Shown: positions 38,669 to 49,933, counted from the stretch's first letter. The stretch is DNA of 64,000 nt from Leptospiraceae bacterium (GCA_040217195.1 JAVJNR010000002.1:545212-609211), one strand, 5' to 3'. The notes: generated by a model from the letters alone, not told the origin. Numbers and translations are program-made.

Positions 38669-40117
38669 TCAGTGAAGTCTCTTAAGCATGATTGCAGTAA
38701 TGTCATCTGGGAGTTTTTGTTCACCGCGAAAAGAATGCCCTTCTTTCATTAACAGATCCAGCTGCTCCTGGGCGCTGAGAGTGGAATCCATGGAGGAAAG
38801 AATGGAATGTAGCCGATGCGAACCGAACGTAATCCCGTCTGAGTTACGAATGTCTTCCAGGCCATCGGAAAACAGGAATATAGAGTCCCCCGGTTCCACG
38901 GCTTGCTGAAGGGTTGTATGATTTCTAGCCACTGCATCAATACCCAGTAGCGCTCCGTAATCTTCAATGCCGTTGTTTTTGAATGGCTCAATGGAGATGG
39001 CCCCTGGCTTTCGGTGGAGTATTTCTGGATGGCCCGCGTTGGCATATTCGTAGGTGTTACTCCCTGGCGGAAAGCGAAGCATAACTCCAGTAACATGGTA
39101 TTCCAGATCCTTCAATTCGTAGGTCAATCTGGTATTAAATCGATCCATAATCCCCGAAAGAGGTTCTTCCAGCTCCTCAAAGAACATGGAGCGAGCCAGC
39201 GAGCGAGTCATCAAAGTTAGCAATCCACTGGCCACACCATGACCGGATACATCGAATAGCGATATTCCAAGTAGCTGGCCGTCTCGAAAGTACAGGTCGT
39301 ATACATCTCCGGACACCATTTGAAACGGCTGGTAGGCAACGGCCACTTCCCAGTTTTCCGGACTTCTTGCATCCATGGCCAGAAATGATTCCTGGGTGCG
39401 GGCGGCCAGGGCCAGTTCCTCCTGAGCCATCGCATACATTTCCTCTAGTTCCCTGGTCCTATTTGAAACCTTTTCTTCCAGATTGGACGTTAGATCTTCC
39501 AGTTCCTTTTCGCGCTGAAATAGTCTTTCCAGAGTACCGGATAAACCGGCAAGCAATGTCCAGGTCATGGTGGCTCCACCACCTGCTGCCAGAATAAAGA
39601 ATAGAATAGGAGTAATCCAGTTTTGAGCTTTTGCAGAAACTAGTTGCTGAGGTGATGTGCCGCGAATTTCAATTATTCCAAGATCATAACCAAAGGCGCA
39701 GCAAATGGCAAGAGTAACGAAGATAGCCAGAGAGATTAGCCCTGTTCGAAGTCCATGAAATACAGTGCCCACAAGAGTCGCAAGGGATAACATTAGAAAG
39801 CCCATACTGGCCAGGCCAAAGAGCACCAGCTCGCTAGTGCCTACGGCAACAAGAATAGCGACCAGGGAACCGGATCGAATGGAGTAAGGAATTCTTTCTA
39901 CGAATACAATCAGGCAATAAGCCAGCATTAAAGGAGCATAGAAGAATACCAGACGATCCCAGTCGCCTCCTCGGATATTCTCCCAGCCTGCATAGAGAAA
40001 TCCGGGAACGGCCGGAACCAGTAATATCCTGAGCGTACGCTTTAGTAGCCCGTTGCGGAGTCTATCTAGCTCTCCCGGCATTAATCGATGGATGAGCACC
40101 AGAACCTGGGAGGCCAC
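38669..40117 (-). CDS. Membrane-bound SpoIIE/PP2C-type phosphatase
   Basis: About 6 TM, coiled coil (LEEKVSNRTREL), VSGDVYD, DVSGHGV, NAGHP, FSDGL, DDIT. Start uncertain. Confidence 0.9.
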   Translation of the reverse strand: MASQVLVLIHRLMPGELDRLRNGLLKRTLRILLVPAVPGFLYAGWENIRGGDWDRLVFFYAPLMLAYCLIVFVERIPYSIRSGSLVAILVAVGTSELVLFGLASMGFLMLSLATLVGTVFHGLRTGLISLAIFVTLAICCAFGYDLGIIEIRGTSPQQLVSAKAQNWITPILFFILAAGGGATMTWTLLAGLSGTLERLFQREKELEDLTSNLEEKVSNRTRELEEMYAMAQEELALAARTQESFLAMDARSPENWEVAVAYQPFQMVSGDVYDLYFRDGQLLGISLFDVSGHGVASGLLTLMTRSLARSMFFEELEEPLSGIMDRFNTRLTYELKDLEYHVTGVMLRFPPGSNTYEYANAGHPEILHRKPGAISIEPFKNNGIEDYGALLGIDAVARNHTTLQQAVEPGDSIFLFSDGLEDIRNSDGITFGSHRLHSILSSMDSTLSAQEQLDLLMKEGHSFRGEQKLPDDITAIMLKRLH

Positions 40118-40310
40118 CCTTTTTATACTCCGGGCTTTGATGATGGCGATTTTTCAGCATAAGCAGATTGATTTGCACCGCTTTTAATAGGCCTGAACGA
40201 AGAGTCATCTATGGTCTGGAATTGGAAGCTCTGGTCACCGCCGCAATCCAGGTCCTTTAGGCAGCAGATATTCTCCTTGATATGATCTTCGGACCGGCTA
40301 CAATTTCATC

Positions 40311-41210
40311 ATGAAAGTGCCGGCCTATAAGAGATCCATCACTCTGGGAGCCATAACTCTTACTTACCGGGATTATTCCGTGGACGGTCAAAAGGAATCT
40401 TTTGAAGAACCTCCTCTGGTTTTGCTTCATGGATGGCCGGAAGGGTCCCATAGCTGGAGCGGCGTTGCAGAAGCACTCAAGGAGCTGGGATGGCAGCAAC
40501 CCATTCTGGCCATCGATTTAAAAGGCCTGGGTCATAGCACTCGTTCGCTGGACTGGAAAACCTATAAGAAACAGACCATGGCCTCGGAAGTTCTGGAGCT
40601 GCTAAATCAACTGGGACTGAATCAATTCGACCTGGTGGGGCATGACTGGGGTGGCGTTGTGGCCCAGGAACTGGCAATCCAATGGCCGGATCGGATTCGC
40701 AAACTTGTTATCAGTAACATTTCTCTAATTACACACCTGGATGGTCTTAGACAGGGCAGAGAGGCAAAGCAGGGTATCTTTGATGTGGACTGGTATCAGA
40801 GCTTCCAGCAAACGGATCTGCCCGCGAAGCTCATCCCTGGAAATGAGGAGTCTTTTCTCAGGCACTTCCTTCAGTCGCCTCAGAATGTACCTCCCATCCC
40901 CGAGGAATCCATTCTAGAAAGTATTCAGTGTTACTGTATTTCTGGCACTCCGGCGGCCGCATCCTACTGGTATCGAACTCTGCCCTATGATACCCGACGC
41001 TGGCTTACCCTGCGAAAGCATAAGTTTTTGATGCCAACACTGCTGCTATATGGAAATCGAGATCCTGTCATCAATATGAAGTATGTAAATGGATTCGAAG
41101 CAAGCTTCCCAAACGGGCGACTTGTGGAGCTGGATGCAGGTCATTTCTGTCATGAGGAGCGACCCATGGAATTCGCGGATCAGCTGCAAAAGTTTCTAAG
41201 CGAGACGTAG
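40311..41210 (+). CDS. Alpha/beta hydrolase (epoxide hydrolase-like)
   Basis: LLHGWPE, DLKGLG, GHDWGG, GHFCHEERP. Confidence 0.9.
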   Translation: MKVPAYKRSITLGAITLTYRDYSVDGQKESFEEPPLVLLHGWPEGSHSWSGVAEALKELGWQQPILAIDLKGLGHSTRSLDWKTYKKQTMASEVLELLNQLGLNQFDLVGHDWGGVVAQELAIQWPDRIRKLVISNISLITHLDGLRQGREAKQGIFDVDWYQSFQQTDLPAKLIPGNEESFLRHFLQSPQNVPPIPEESILESIQCYCISGTPAAASYWYRTLPYDTRRWLTLRKHKFLMPTLLLYGNRDPVINMKYVNGFEASFPNGRLVELDAGHFCHEERPMEFADQLQKFLSET

Positions 41211-41304
41211 CGGCCCTGGCATCGCAGGAAGCCAGGATGCGATGAGGTCCCATCCTCCAATCCGCCGCACCGCTTCATGGAAGTGGGCCCAGACAGGCTA
41301 CGTT

Positions 41305-43569
41305 CTACTTCAGGGACTCCTGGAGCTGTATTAGCAATTCTTCGTTTTCCTGGAGTACGAATACAGCTGGAGTTCCAATGGGTGCATCCACAGTTTTTCT
41401 TAGCCCATCCTCACCTGCATCAAAGGATTCTCCGCTGAACAAATGAATCCATTTCCCCTGAGGAAAATAGACTTCTTTGGAGGTGCTTCCTTCGTCCAGT
41501 ACCGGAGCAACCAGAATGTCCCGGCCCAGAAGAAATTCCTGGTTATCGATATTGTATGTGTTTCGGTCTTTCGGATAGTGAAAGAAAAGCGGCCGGACGA
41601 CCGGCCAGCCAAGGGTCTCTGCTTCTGCAAAAAGTTGCTTTCTATACTCAAATAAGGCTGCATAGATTCTTGCGAATCGAGCAAAGTGCTTCATTGTCTC
41701 TTCATCGCTGTGGAATTGGTGGTTCTCCTCTGGACGATTTCCTTCATGGGTTCTGAATACTGCGTTGAAAGCAGAAAGCTCTGTCCAGCGCAGGAATAGC
41801 TCTTTGGAGCGATGGTAATCGCGGATAGGGTTGTTGATGGTAGTATAGCCACCGATGTCCGAATGATTCAAACTGTAGCCGGAAAGGCCGCTTGTGAGAA
41901 GACCGGTAACGGCGGTTTTGATTCCATCATACTGGTCCCAGCTTACAAGTTGATCGCCCAACCAGAAAAGAGTAGTGAATTCTGGACTTCTGGTAAATCC
42001 ACTGCGAGAAAAGAAGACAATGTCATCTCGGCCGGCTTCTTGAATCGCTTCTCGGTTGATTCGAGCCCAGACCTCCGGATACCGGTTATGATATGTGACA
42101 GCAGATTCACCGCTATAAAGTACTGCATCAAAGGGCAACGCTTCGCCAAAGTCTGCCATCCATCCAGATGCTCCCACTGCAATTAGTTCATCTTTGATTA
42201 CTTCTTTGATCCATGCGACTGCCTCCGGATTGGTTAAATCCACCAGACCAGCATGGAAATCTGTGTTTAAGATTAAGTAGGGCTCGCCTTCCGGAGTTTT
42301 AATCAAGTATCCGTTGGCTTTCGCTTCCTCAAACAGGTTTCGGCGAACATTGTCCTTTAGATCGCCTATGTCTGCAATAAATGGATTGATGTAAGTAAGT
42401 ACGCGAATATCGTCTTCGTTCAGATCCTCAATTAGCTTATCCCACTGTGGATAGCGATCCTGATCCAGTTCCCAGTTCCACCATAGTTGTTTTCCGAAAT
42501 TGGTCTTTCGCTGACCCACCCAGTCCTGAAGCCAGAAGGCGGAAACCGGGGTATCATGGCTCTGGAGTTTGGAAAGCTTTTCTCTTACAGCCTGGGTGCC
42601 ACCCTGCATTCCTATTACCGCTCCTTTGTGCAACCAGTCAGGAAGGGCTTTCATTCGTCCGGTGTATTCAGTGGCAGCAGTAACCAGATCTCCAGGAGTT
42701 TTTCCATAGTACACCTCTCCCATCAACCTGGGGGAAGCGACCTCTACGACTGTGTAATCATCCTCGCGCATATCGAATACTGAATATTCATAGTTCATTA
42801 GCAACAAAGAGCGCATTTCGCTGGTAATAAAATGAGGAACTCCGGCATAGCTTGTATGCCAGTCACCGCCGGCCCCTGCTGTAAGATTTGCGCCTGTGGT
42901 TATTGGCTCAGCCCCGCGGCCAATTCCCTGCTCCTGGACCAGGATGGGAAGACGTCTACCCTTAAGGTTAAAGTATGTAAACTGTTCGCCAAAACCAAAA
43001 TAGCCTTCCTGCTCATTGGATTGTAGAAAAAGAAAAGTGCGATTGGATTTCTCAAAAGCCTGGACTTCCACTAACATACGATTCTCAGATGCAGGGATGA
43101 AACGCATTTGATAGGCAATTCTACTGTCATCGGGACAAACGAAACTGCCGCGAATCAAAATGCTGTCCGGAGACTTTCGCTCTGAGATAGATTCAATGAT
43201 TTGATCGGTGCAGATTTCTTCAAAATCTTCATCAATGGAGAAAGAGCCCCTGGATTCATGGATGGCCATGTTGGCTCTACCTGTTCCTGCCAGAGCATGA
43301 CCCGGCACGGAGGCCAATACCAGGTGATCCGGATCAGCCAGGTTTCTAATCAATAGTTGCGGTTTTTCATCTTTTGTAAGGACTTCCAGTGTGAATTCGC
43401 CGGCAGTGTAGACTGTATCCGTTTCAAGACCGGCTCCGGTGAGAGAACCTGGTTCGATCTGCGGATATGGATCCCGGAACAAGAAGTAGGCGCCTACCAG
43501 AATCAGTACTCCGAGTAAGCCCAGCCCCAGTGCTTTCTTATTGTCCAGAACTCTCCGAAGAATCCCCAT
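41305..43569 (-). CDS. GH31 alpha-glycosidase, YihQ/sulfoquinovosidase-like, with N-terminal TM anchor
   Basis: GFGEQF, WLQDW, YINP, WMADFGE (nucleophile), WLGDQ (acid/base), HSDIGGY, RTHEG. Confidence 0.9.
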   Translation of the reverse strand: MGILRRVLDNKKALGLGLLGVLILVGAYFLFRDPYPQIEPGSLTGAGLETDTVYTAGEFTLEVLTKDEKPQLLIRNLADPDHLVLASVPGHALAGTGRANMAIHESRGSFSIDEDFEEICTDQIIESISERKSPDSILIRGSFVCPDDSRIAYQMRFIPASENRMLVEVQAFEKSNRTFLFLQSNEQEGYFGFGEQFTYFNLKGRRLPILVQEQGIGRGAEPITTGANLTAGAGGDWHTSYAGVPHFITSEMRSLLLMNYEYSVFDMREDDYTVVEVASPRLMGEVYYGKTPGDLVTAATEYTGRMKALPDWLHKGAVIGMQGGTQAVREKLSKLQSHDTPVSAFWLQDWVGQRKTNFGKQLWWNWELDQDRYPQWDKLIEDLNEDDIRVLTYINPFIADIGDLKDNVRRNLFEEAKANGYLIKTPEGEPYLILNTDFHAGLVDLTNPEAVAWIKEVIKDELIAVGASGWMADFGEALPFDAVLYSGESAVTYHNRYPEVWARINREAIQEAGRDDIVFFSRSGFTRSPEFTTLFWLGDQLVSWDQYDGIKTAVTGLLTSGLSGYSLNHSDIGGYTTINNPIRDYHRSKELFLRWTELSAFNAVFRTHEGNRPEENHQFHSDEETMKHFARFARIYAALFEYRKQLFAEAETLGWPVVRPLFFHYPKDRNTYNIDNQEFLLGRDILVAPVLDEGSTSKEVYFPQGKWIHLFSGESFDAGEDGLRKTVDAPIGTPAVFVLQENEELLIQLQESLK

Positions 43570-43680
43570 TTGTCCCCCTATGCAAACTAGCTGCATGTTT
43601 TAAGATGCCAGAGTTAAGGCCATGCCACGCAGGGTGTCAAACAGGTTTACATTCCATGATGAGATCTGTGATTGGTATCC

Positions 43681-44262
43681 ATGTCCAGAGTCCACTTTCA
43701 AAGTGGTGGAGTTTACCATTCCCATCCGCGTAAGGCCATTCTGCTGGATCGAGACAAAACTCTCAATGCAGACCCGGGCTATTTGAACGATCCAGAAAAG
43801 GTTGAATTGCTGCCAGGCGTTGTTCCAGGGCTCCAGAAGTTGCAGGCTGCGGGTTATCAGTTTATTATTCTGACCAATCAGTCTGGCGTGGGGCGTGGCC
43901 TCATATCTCCGGAGGCCCTTTTTGCTGTAAATCAACGGCTACTGGAGCTCTTGCTGCGAGATTACATCCGCATAGAAAGAATCTATTATTGCCCGCACAT
44001 CGATGCTGATCAATGTAATTGCAGAAAACCAGAGCCTGGACTGGTTGATGCGGCCATTTCTGATTTCGCGCTGGATCCGGCCCTTACCTGGCTCATGGGA
44101 GACCGATTCCGAGATCTCGCCTGCGGGTCTCATTTGAGCCTGCCTGGAATTCTTGTGGGATCAGAGGAAGGAAGTCCGGATTCCTGGACAGATAGGTGTC
44201 CATCCAACCTTCGGTTCCATGTATCCAGTCTGGAGGAAGCGGCGGATCGAATCCTGATGTAG
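43681..44262 (+). CDS. gmhB: D,D-heptose 1,7-bisphosphate phosphatase (HAD IIIA)
   Basis: LDRDKTL, TNQSGVGRG, CPH...CNCRKP, MGDRFRD. Confidence 0.85.
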   Translation: MSRVHFQSGGVYHSHPRKAILLDRDKTLNADPGYLNDPEKVELLPGVVPGLQKLQAAGYQFIILTNQSGVGRGLISPEALFAVNQRLLELLLRDYIRIERIYYCPHIDADQCNCRKPEPGLVDAAISDFALDPALTWLMGDRFRDLACGSHLSLPGILVGSEEGSPDSWTDRCPSNLRFHVSSLEEAADRILM

Positions 44263-44357
44263 CTCAATCGAAAATATTGCTTGCCCCGGATGCCAGCCCT
44301 TTGTTCCCTATAGGAAAGGTAGGAAATCGATTCAAGGGTTTCCGGGGTACCAAGAAT

Positions 44358-44861
44358 ATGAGCAGCATCAAACCACAATTTCCCGAGCAACTTGATGAGA
44401 ATGCAGTTCGGGCCACCGCTTTCTTTGTTTTTTTGACGGCCATCGCAGCATTACTCACTCAGCACTGGTTGATTATGGCATTTCTGGCCTATGAGTTTCT
44501 GGGACGGCTGGTTTATGGTCCTCAGATCTCGCTCCAGGCATTTCTGGCTCGAACTCTAATCATTAAACCGATGCAACGTCCGTTTCGAGCCACTCCAGGC
44601 GCACCGAAGCGTTTTGCTCAATTTGTGGGAACGGTCTTTGCTCTTTCTGCCCTGGTGGCAGCGATTCTGGGGCAAATACTACTTTCTCAGATTCTTCTGG
44701 GGATTCTGGTTTTCTTTTCTCTTCTTGAGTTCAGCGTTGGTTTTTGTGCAGCCTGCTTCATGTTTGCCCAGGCGATTCGCTTTGGCTGGGTGAGCGAGAA
44801 ATACTGCGAAGTATGCGTTGTCAGATATGATATTCCCCGAGGATTTGATCCATCGATTTGA
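44358..44861 (+). CDS. DUF4395 family membrane protein
   Basis: DENAVR, PKRFAQFVG, LEFSVGFCAAC. Confidence 0.8.
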   Translation: MSSIKPQFPEQLDENAVRATAFFVFLTAIAALLTQHWLIMAFLAYEFLGRLVYGPQISLQAFLARTLIIKPMQRPFRATPGAPKRFAQFVGTVFALSALVAAILGQILLSQILLGILVFFSLLEFSVGFCAACFMFAQAIRFGWVSEKYCEVCVVRYDIPRGFDPSI

Positions 44862-45022
44862 TCGGGCCCCGGAAGAGCCAGACTGGGCCTTTTTGCCGGC
44901 CATGCCTGATCTATCCATGATCAGCCGATAGACGGAGCGCTGATCATCCTATTGGCTCTAAATGAGACGAAATCTCGGTGAGAAATCTGCTTTACCCAGA
45001 TTCCGTCGGAGATTTCGTTGAT

Positions 45023-45051
45023 TTGCCAAACCGGCTTCTTTCTGATATAAA
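45023..45051 (+). promoter_or_regulatory. Putative sigma70 promoter of fba
   Basis: TTGCCA, 17 nt, TATAAA with extended TG. Confidence 0.55.
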
Positions 45052-45139
45052 GAAATCATTAAAACTTGGTCCCGATTGCAGAGTTCCTGGCCCGGAGTGG
45101 CGAAGGAAGCTCTGGATCAACGGACCGCGGAGGACTACT

Positions 45140-46180
45140 ATGGCATTGGTGCCAATGAGACTTTTACTGGATCACGCAGCGGAGAACGGATACGGAATTC
45201 CGGCCTTCAATGTAAACAATCTGGAGCAAGTTCTGGCCATTATGAAGGCCGCTGAGAGCACCGATAGTCCGGTCATCCTTCAGGTTAGCCGCGGCGCCAG
45301 GACCTATGCCGGCGAAAACTTTGTTCGCCATCTAATTCTTGCTGCAGAGGAAACCTGGCCCAACATTCCAGTTTCCCTTCATCAGGATCATGGAAACAGT
45401 CCAGCAACGTGTTACTCGGCCATGCGTATTGGTTTTACCAGCGTCATGATGGACGGATCTTTGAAAGAAGATGCGAAGACCCCATCCGATTTTGACTACA
45501 ATGTGGATGTAACTAAAGAAGTTACCCGGGTTGCCCATAGCCTTGGAGTTAGCGTAGAAGGCGAGCTGGGATGCCTGGGTTCACTGGAAACGCTTACCGG
45601 TGATAAAGAAGATGGGCATGGGTTCGAAGGAACACTCAGTCGGGAGCAACTTCTAACCGATCCATCCGAAGCCGAGCAATTTGTCAAACAAACCGGTGTG
45701 GACGCTCTGGCAGTGGCTATCGGAACCAGCCATGGTGCATACAAGTTCCAGCAGAAACCCACAGGCGAAGTGCTGGTTATCAAGCGTATTCAGGAGATTA
45801 ATGCTAAGTTACCCAACACACACCTGGTAATGCATGGAAGTTCATCTGTGCCAGAAGATCTGCTCAAGAAGATAAACGATTTTGGTGGAAAGATTCCCGA
45901 GACCTACGGAGTACCTGTAGCAGAGATTCAGAAGGGAATTAAATCCGGAGTGCGCAAGATAAACATCGACACCGATTTACGACTGGCCTGGACCGCAGCT
46001 GTGCGAGAAGTTATGGCAGCCGAACCTGCTGAGTTTGATCCCCGTAAATTCTTGAAGCCTGCAATGAAGGCTATGGAGATTGTTTGTGCGGACCGGTTCC
46101 AGAGCTTCTGGACCGCCGGAAATGCTAGCAAGATCAAACCAGTGACCCTTTCGGACTTCGCAAAGAAATACGCGGCCTGA
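45140..46180 (+). CDS. fba: Class II fructose-bisphosphate aldolase
   Basis: [51 protein letters not shown]. Confidence 0.97.
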   Translation: MALVPMRLLLDHAAENGYGIPAFNVNNLEQVLAIMKAAESTDSPVILQVSRGARTYAGENFVRHLILAAEETWPNIPVSLHQDHGNSPATCYSAMRIGFTSVMMDGSLKEDAKTPSDFDYNVDVTKEVTRVAHSLGVSVEGELGCLGSLETLTGDKEDGHGFEGTLSREQLLTDPSEAEQFVKQTGVDALAVAIGTSHGAYKFQQKPTGEVLVIKRIQEINAKLPNTHLVMHGSSSVPEDLLKKINDFGGKIPETYGVPVAEIQKGIKSGVRKINIDTDLRLAWTAAVREVMAAEPAEFDPRKFLKPAMKAMEIVCADRFQSFWTAGNASKIKPVTLSDFAKKYAA

Positions 46181-46404
46181 TTCCAGGACCGCCTTCCTAT
46201 CCTTTTTGGCCGATTTATACAATCGGCCGGAAAAAAACTCGGTTTCCATTGTAGACGTTCAGGCAACACAGGGTTGCAAATGGGTACGCATTGGACCAGG
46301 TGATGGTAACATGGTCCGGGCAAAGCGCAAAGTTTTTCTGCCCGGGCATGGAACCCTGGCCATCGGTCTTACGTCCAAAAGTCAACTGAAACTGTGCTTC
46401 GATC

Positions 46405-47859
46405 ATGATATTGCACCGCAAACCGATCCTTCTATATATCTTTCTCCTACTGTTACTTTTGCCTGCAAGCCTTCTGGCTGATCGCATCATTCTGCGAAAT
46501 GGGGCCACTATTACCGGTCAGATTATTAATCAGAATGAAGGTAGCGTGGTGATTCGCACCAGGCAGGGGATAAAGACTATTTCAAAAACTACAATTGCCA
46601 GAATTCAATACGGCAACCTCCCCGACCCGGAAGAAGAACAACGCAAAGAGCAAGAAAGAAAAAGGGAAGAGGAAAGAAAACGGCAGGAAGAGCTGCGCCG
46701 TCAGGAGACTCAGCGTCAGAAGGAAGAAGCAGAACAGCAGAGAATCGAAGAGGAAAGAAAACGTAGAGAAGAGCGGCAGGAGGCGGAAGATTCTAAGAAA
46801 CCAATGCCATCTGACTCGACGGATAGTAGCTGGTTACCGGACTTGAGTTTTTCGCGCACTCTCTGGGACCCGGATCTGGGACTGCATCGTGTGCGAGCCG
46901 GTCTGTCTGTTGGAACCACCAATCATGATTGGCTGGGTATTGCGCCCATTCGGGTCTTTCGCCAGACAGACAGTTTATTTGCCAATTCGCAGGTATTTAG
47001 CCAGGAATCCCTGGAAGTTCGTAATGGCTGGCATTCAACTGCAGACCTGGAATATGGAATTAATCGCTATTTCGTTTCTTTGCAGGCATCCGTTAGCAGG
47101 CAGGAAGGGGAGGCTACTTTCTTTCGAGCAGGATATCAAAGACCTATATTTGTTAACAACGTCGAGATAGTATTTGGAAGCGTGACGGAACCTGGAATTG
47201 TAGAAAACAATAGAATGAGATGGGAAGATACTCGATTTCTTTTCGGGTATAAAATCCTGTACGGCGATGGACCGGCTCTGGATTTCTTTGCCGGTTTTAA
47301 TCGAAGCGTTTCTATGGCTGACGTAGACTACGCCGGCCTTGCGTCTTTCGAAATTAATCCAGACAGACAGTATCGAACGTTTTCGTTCAGATCTTATGCG
47401 AAGATGAACGGATGGGAAACTGGTTTTCGAGGAACGTTCGAGCTTCCTGCAGACTGGGCTCCAGGCGACTATAAGTCCTATGTGCCGGACCTTGAATGGG
47501 AGGCTGCCTATATATCCATGCGTGGCACTCAGCATTACTCTTATAATCCCATTGGTTTTTCCACTCTCTACGGAGCGAGGGGCCGAGCCGGAGTATCGGC
47601 GCTGGACTATGAAGGTAATGGAGGTCGAGGAGTCCTCGGTTTGAAGTTTGGACTTCCCGGAAATTTCTCCCTTCATTTCGGTGGCTACGGCTCTGAGTTA
47701 TTACTAAAGGCTAAGAGAGTTTATAATGAGACGGACGATTCGGACGTTGCAAGCTCTCTGCGGGCACAAATCTCGCCCATTTTTTTACTTGGAATTTTTA
47801 CGACGAAAGAAGTGAGGCGAGGAACCTATCTAAGGGTTCAGTGGGAGAAACAATTCTGA
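46405..47859 (+). CDS. Predicted outer-membrane beta-barrel protein with Leptospira-type N-terminal domain and charged coiled coil (copy 1)
   Basis: Signal ...ASLLA, DRIILRNGATITGQIINQ, E/R/K-rich coil, alternating beta strands, C-terminal YLRVQWEKQF. Confidence 0.75.
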   Translation: MILHRKPILLYIFLLLLLLPASLLADRIILRNGATITGQIINQNEGSVVIRTRQGIKTISKTTIARIQYGNLPDPEEEQRKEQERKREEERKRQEELRRQETQRQKEEAEQQRIEEERKRREERQEAEDSKKPMPSDSTDSSWLPDLSFSRTLWDPDLGLHRVRAGLSVGTTNHDWLGIAPIRVFRQTDSLFANSQVFSQESLEVRNGWHSTADLEYGINRYFVSLQASVSRQEGEATFFRAGYQRPIFVNNVEIVFGSVTEPGIVENNRMRWEDTRFLFGYKILYGDGPALDFFAGFNRSVSMADVDYAGLASFEINPDRQYRTFSFRSYAKMNGWETGFRGTFELPADWAPGDYKSYVPDLEWEAAYISMRGTQHYSYNPIGFSTLYGARGRAGVSALDYEGNGGRGVLGLKFGLPGNFSLHFGGYGSELLLKAKRVYNETDDSDVASSLRAQISPIFLLGIFTTKEVRRGTYLRVQWEKQF

Positions 47860-47903
47860 ATGGGAAATGAGATATCACTGCGATGCAAGACCGGGGGGAA
47901 ACG

Positions 47904-48710
47904 ATGAATTCTATTAAAAATAAGAAAACCCAAAATTATCTTCTAATGCTCATGGTATGCTTCGCCTGCTTCGAATTAATTCAATGCTCTCCCTTTACGG
48001 GGCCGAGCACTGAGAATACAGAGGATCTACTGAGTTTGACAATTCTTGCCGGGGTTAATGCGGACTGCGCTCTAATAACCCAGCAAGCGGCTGACGATTA
48101 CAAAGCAGAAATATATCCAGTGGGTACTTCTGGCTGCAATCGCACATTTATCTTTGGCTCCAGCTACAATGATTATATTAGGAAAGAATGGCTGAAAATG
48201 ATTCAGGTTGAGACATTCCTGCAGGAGACTGATTCGTCTGCCTGCGCCACAACCATTTCAACGGTGCAGGCTGTAATTGCTGATCCCCCGACGAATCCGA
48301 CATTGGTCGCGCAGGCAACTATTGATAGCTATATCGAATATCGGGTGGTGGATGGGCCGATGCAGGGGAGAAAGACTACAGCTGATTCGTTGCAGAACAC
48401 GGCCGGCCTTACGAGTACTCTGGCCGCAACTGAAGGGCAGGAGTTAACTAGACTGAGCCTCGGGGACTTTGAGAATTCTCGATATCTAGCCCTTGCATCG
48501 ATTTTTTCCGAATCAGAGCCAGCATGCAATGCGGTAGTCAGAGTCGAGGTGAATCGATGGTTACCTGGTTGGATCTATAATGAAAAAGTAGATCTTGAGT
48601 ATGCTAATACACCCTCGGATCAGATAGTTCCGCGCTTCTTCCTGTCACAGTGTTTTTTTGGCACCGTAAACATGGGGGATGCTCGGGAATGTGATAATCT
48701 GCAGATATAG
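47904..48710 (+). CDS. Cys-rich lipoprotein (copy 1)
   Basis: MNSIKNKK...LIQC signal; six further Cys; paralog of 56221..57039. Confidence 0.75.
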   Translation: MNSIKNKKTQNYLLMLMVCFACFELIQCSPFTGPSTENTEDLLSLTILAGVNADCALITQQAADDYKAEIYPVGTSGCNRTFIFGSSYNDYIRKEWLKMIQVETFLQETDSSACATTISTVQAVIADPPTNPTLVAQATIDSYIEYRVVDGPMQGRKTTADSLQNTAGLTSTLAATEGQELTRLSLGDFENSRYLALASIFSESEPACNAVVRVEVNRWLPGWIYNEKVDLEYANTPSDQIVPRFFLSQCFFGTVNMGDARECDNLQI

Positions 48711-48795
48711 ATTCGGTCATGGACCACCGCAAAAGAGGACGTACCGAAGATTCAATTTCGACTGACAACCAGCGCCCTTCTTAAAGAGTTATGGT

Positions 48796-49725
48796 ATGAT
48801 CGGTCCTGCCGTTAGTGCTGCCAGCTTCTGTAAGAACGATGTCTTAATTCAGGAATTGCTTTGCAAGTTTTCCGAGGCGAAGCTGAATCGGACCGGTAAG
48901 GTACTGCAAAAAGAGGAGCTCATCCAATTTCTTACGGGCTGCAGAGCAGCCATTGTTGGAACCGAGCAGATCTCCAGCGAAGTTCTCGATAAGCTGCCGG
49001 ACCTTCGATTCATTGCCAAGTACGGGGTGGGCCTGGACAACCTTGACTTGAAAGCCATGGAAAAACGGGGTATTGCACTTGGCTGGACCGGCGGTGTAAA
49101 CCGGCGAAGCGTCAGCGAAATGGCACTTGCTTTCATGATAGGGCTCTGCAGAAATCTATTCTTCACTTCCGAAAAGCTACGAAGAGGGCAATGGGATAAA
49201 CGAGGCGGAGTGCAGCTAAGCGAAAAGACAGTCGGTATTGTCGGATGTGGGTTTGTCGGCACGGACCTGCTTAAATTGCTTCAGCCCTTCGGATGTAACC
49301 TGCTAATTTGTGATATTCTAGATAAGAGTGATGTATGCTTCGAGTTTAACGCCCGGCAGGTGGATCTGGATGAGTTGCTATCGAATTCGGATCTGGTCTC
49401 ATTGCATGTACCTCTAACCGAATTTACAAATCAGATGGTGGACGCTCAGTTCCTGCAAAGGATGAAAGAAAGTGCATACTTGATTAATACGAGTCGCGGA
49501 GCGATGATCTGTGAATCTGAGCTGGAGCAAGCTCTGAAAGAAGGAGTGATTGCAGGTGCAGCCGTGGACGTTTATCAGATGGAGCCTCCAGAGAATCTAT
49601 CCTACCTCGGCCTGCCCAATCTGGTGTGCACACCCCATATCGGAGGCAATGCTGTGGAAGCTGTGCTGGCCATGGGACGCAGCGCCATAGAGCACCTGAT
49701 TCGCTGGCATAGAGTTTCGAAATAG
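48796..49725 (+). CDS. D-2-hydroxyacid dehydrogenase (short SerA-like, no ACT domain)
   Basis: KYGVGLDNLD, GIVGCGFVG, LHVPL, INTSRG, TPHIGG. Confidence 0.9.
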   Translation: MIGPAVSAASFCKNDVLIQELLCKFSEAKLNRTGKVLQKEELIQFLTGCRAAIVGTEQISSEVLDKLPDLRFIAKYGVGLDNLDLKAMEKRGIALGWTGGVNRRSVSEMALAFMIGLCRNLFFTSEKLRRGQWDKRGGVQLSEKTVGIVGCGFVGTDLLKLLQPFGCNLLICDILDKSDVCFEFNARQVDLDELLSNSDLVSLHVPLTEFTNQMVDAQFLQRMKESAYLINTSRGAMICESELEQALKEGVIAGAAVDVYQMEPPENLSYLGLPNLVCTPHIGGNAVEAVLAMGRSAIEHLIRWHRVSK

Positions 49726-49933
49726 TTAACCTGTAGAATTTGTGTAGAGACCGGGCCCTAATCGGCGCCTGGAAAGCTGCTGCAATTCAAGAATTCAAGA
49801 TCGCAGCAAACTTATCCGGAAGGTTTATTACGGATTGCCCTTGTGCTAAACCAGGTTTGGCGCAGTCAGTCCCGGAAATGATGTTATTCGTTAGTCTTCG
49901 TATCGTTTCTTCTATTCGCTTCAGGCTTTCGTT

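Noticed and set aside
43740..43765. GmhB motif DRDKT instead of DRDGT, considered as possible inactivation
   Set aside because: Both catalytic Asp residues, the Zn-binding Cys/His residues and the Lys and GD motifs are intact.
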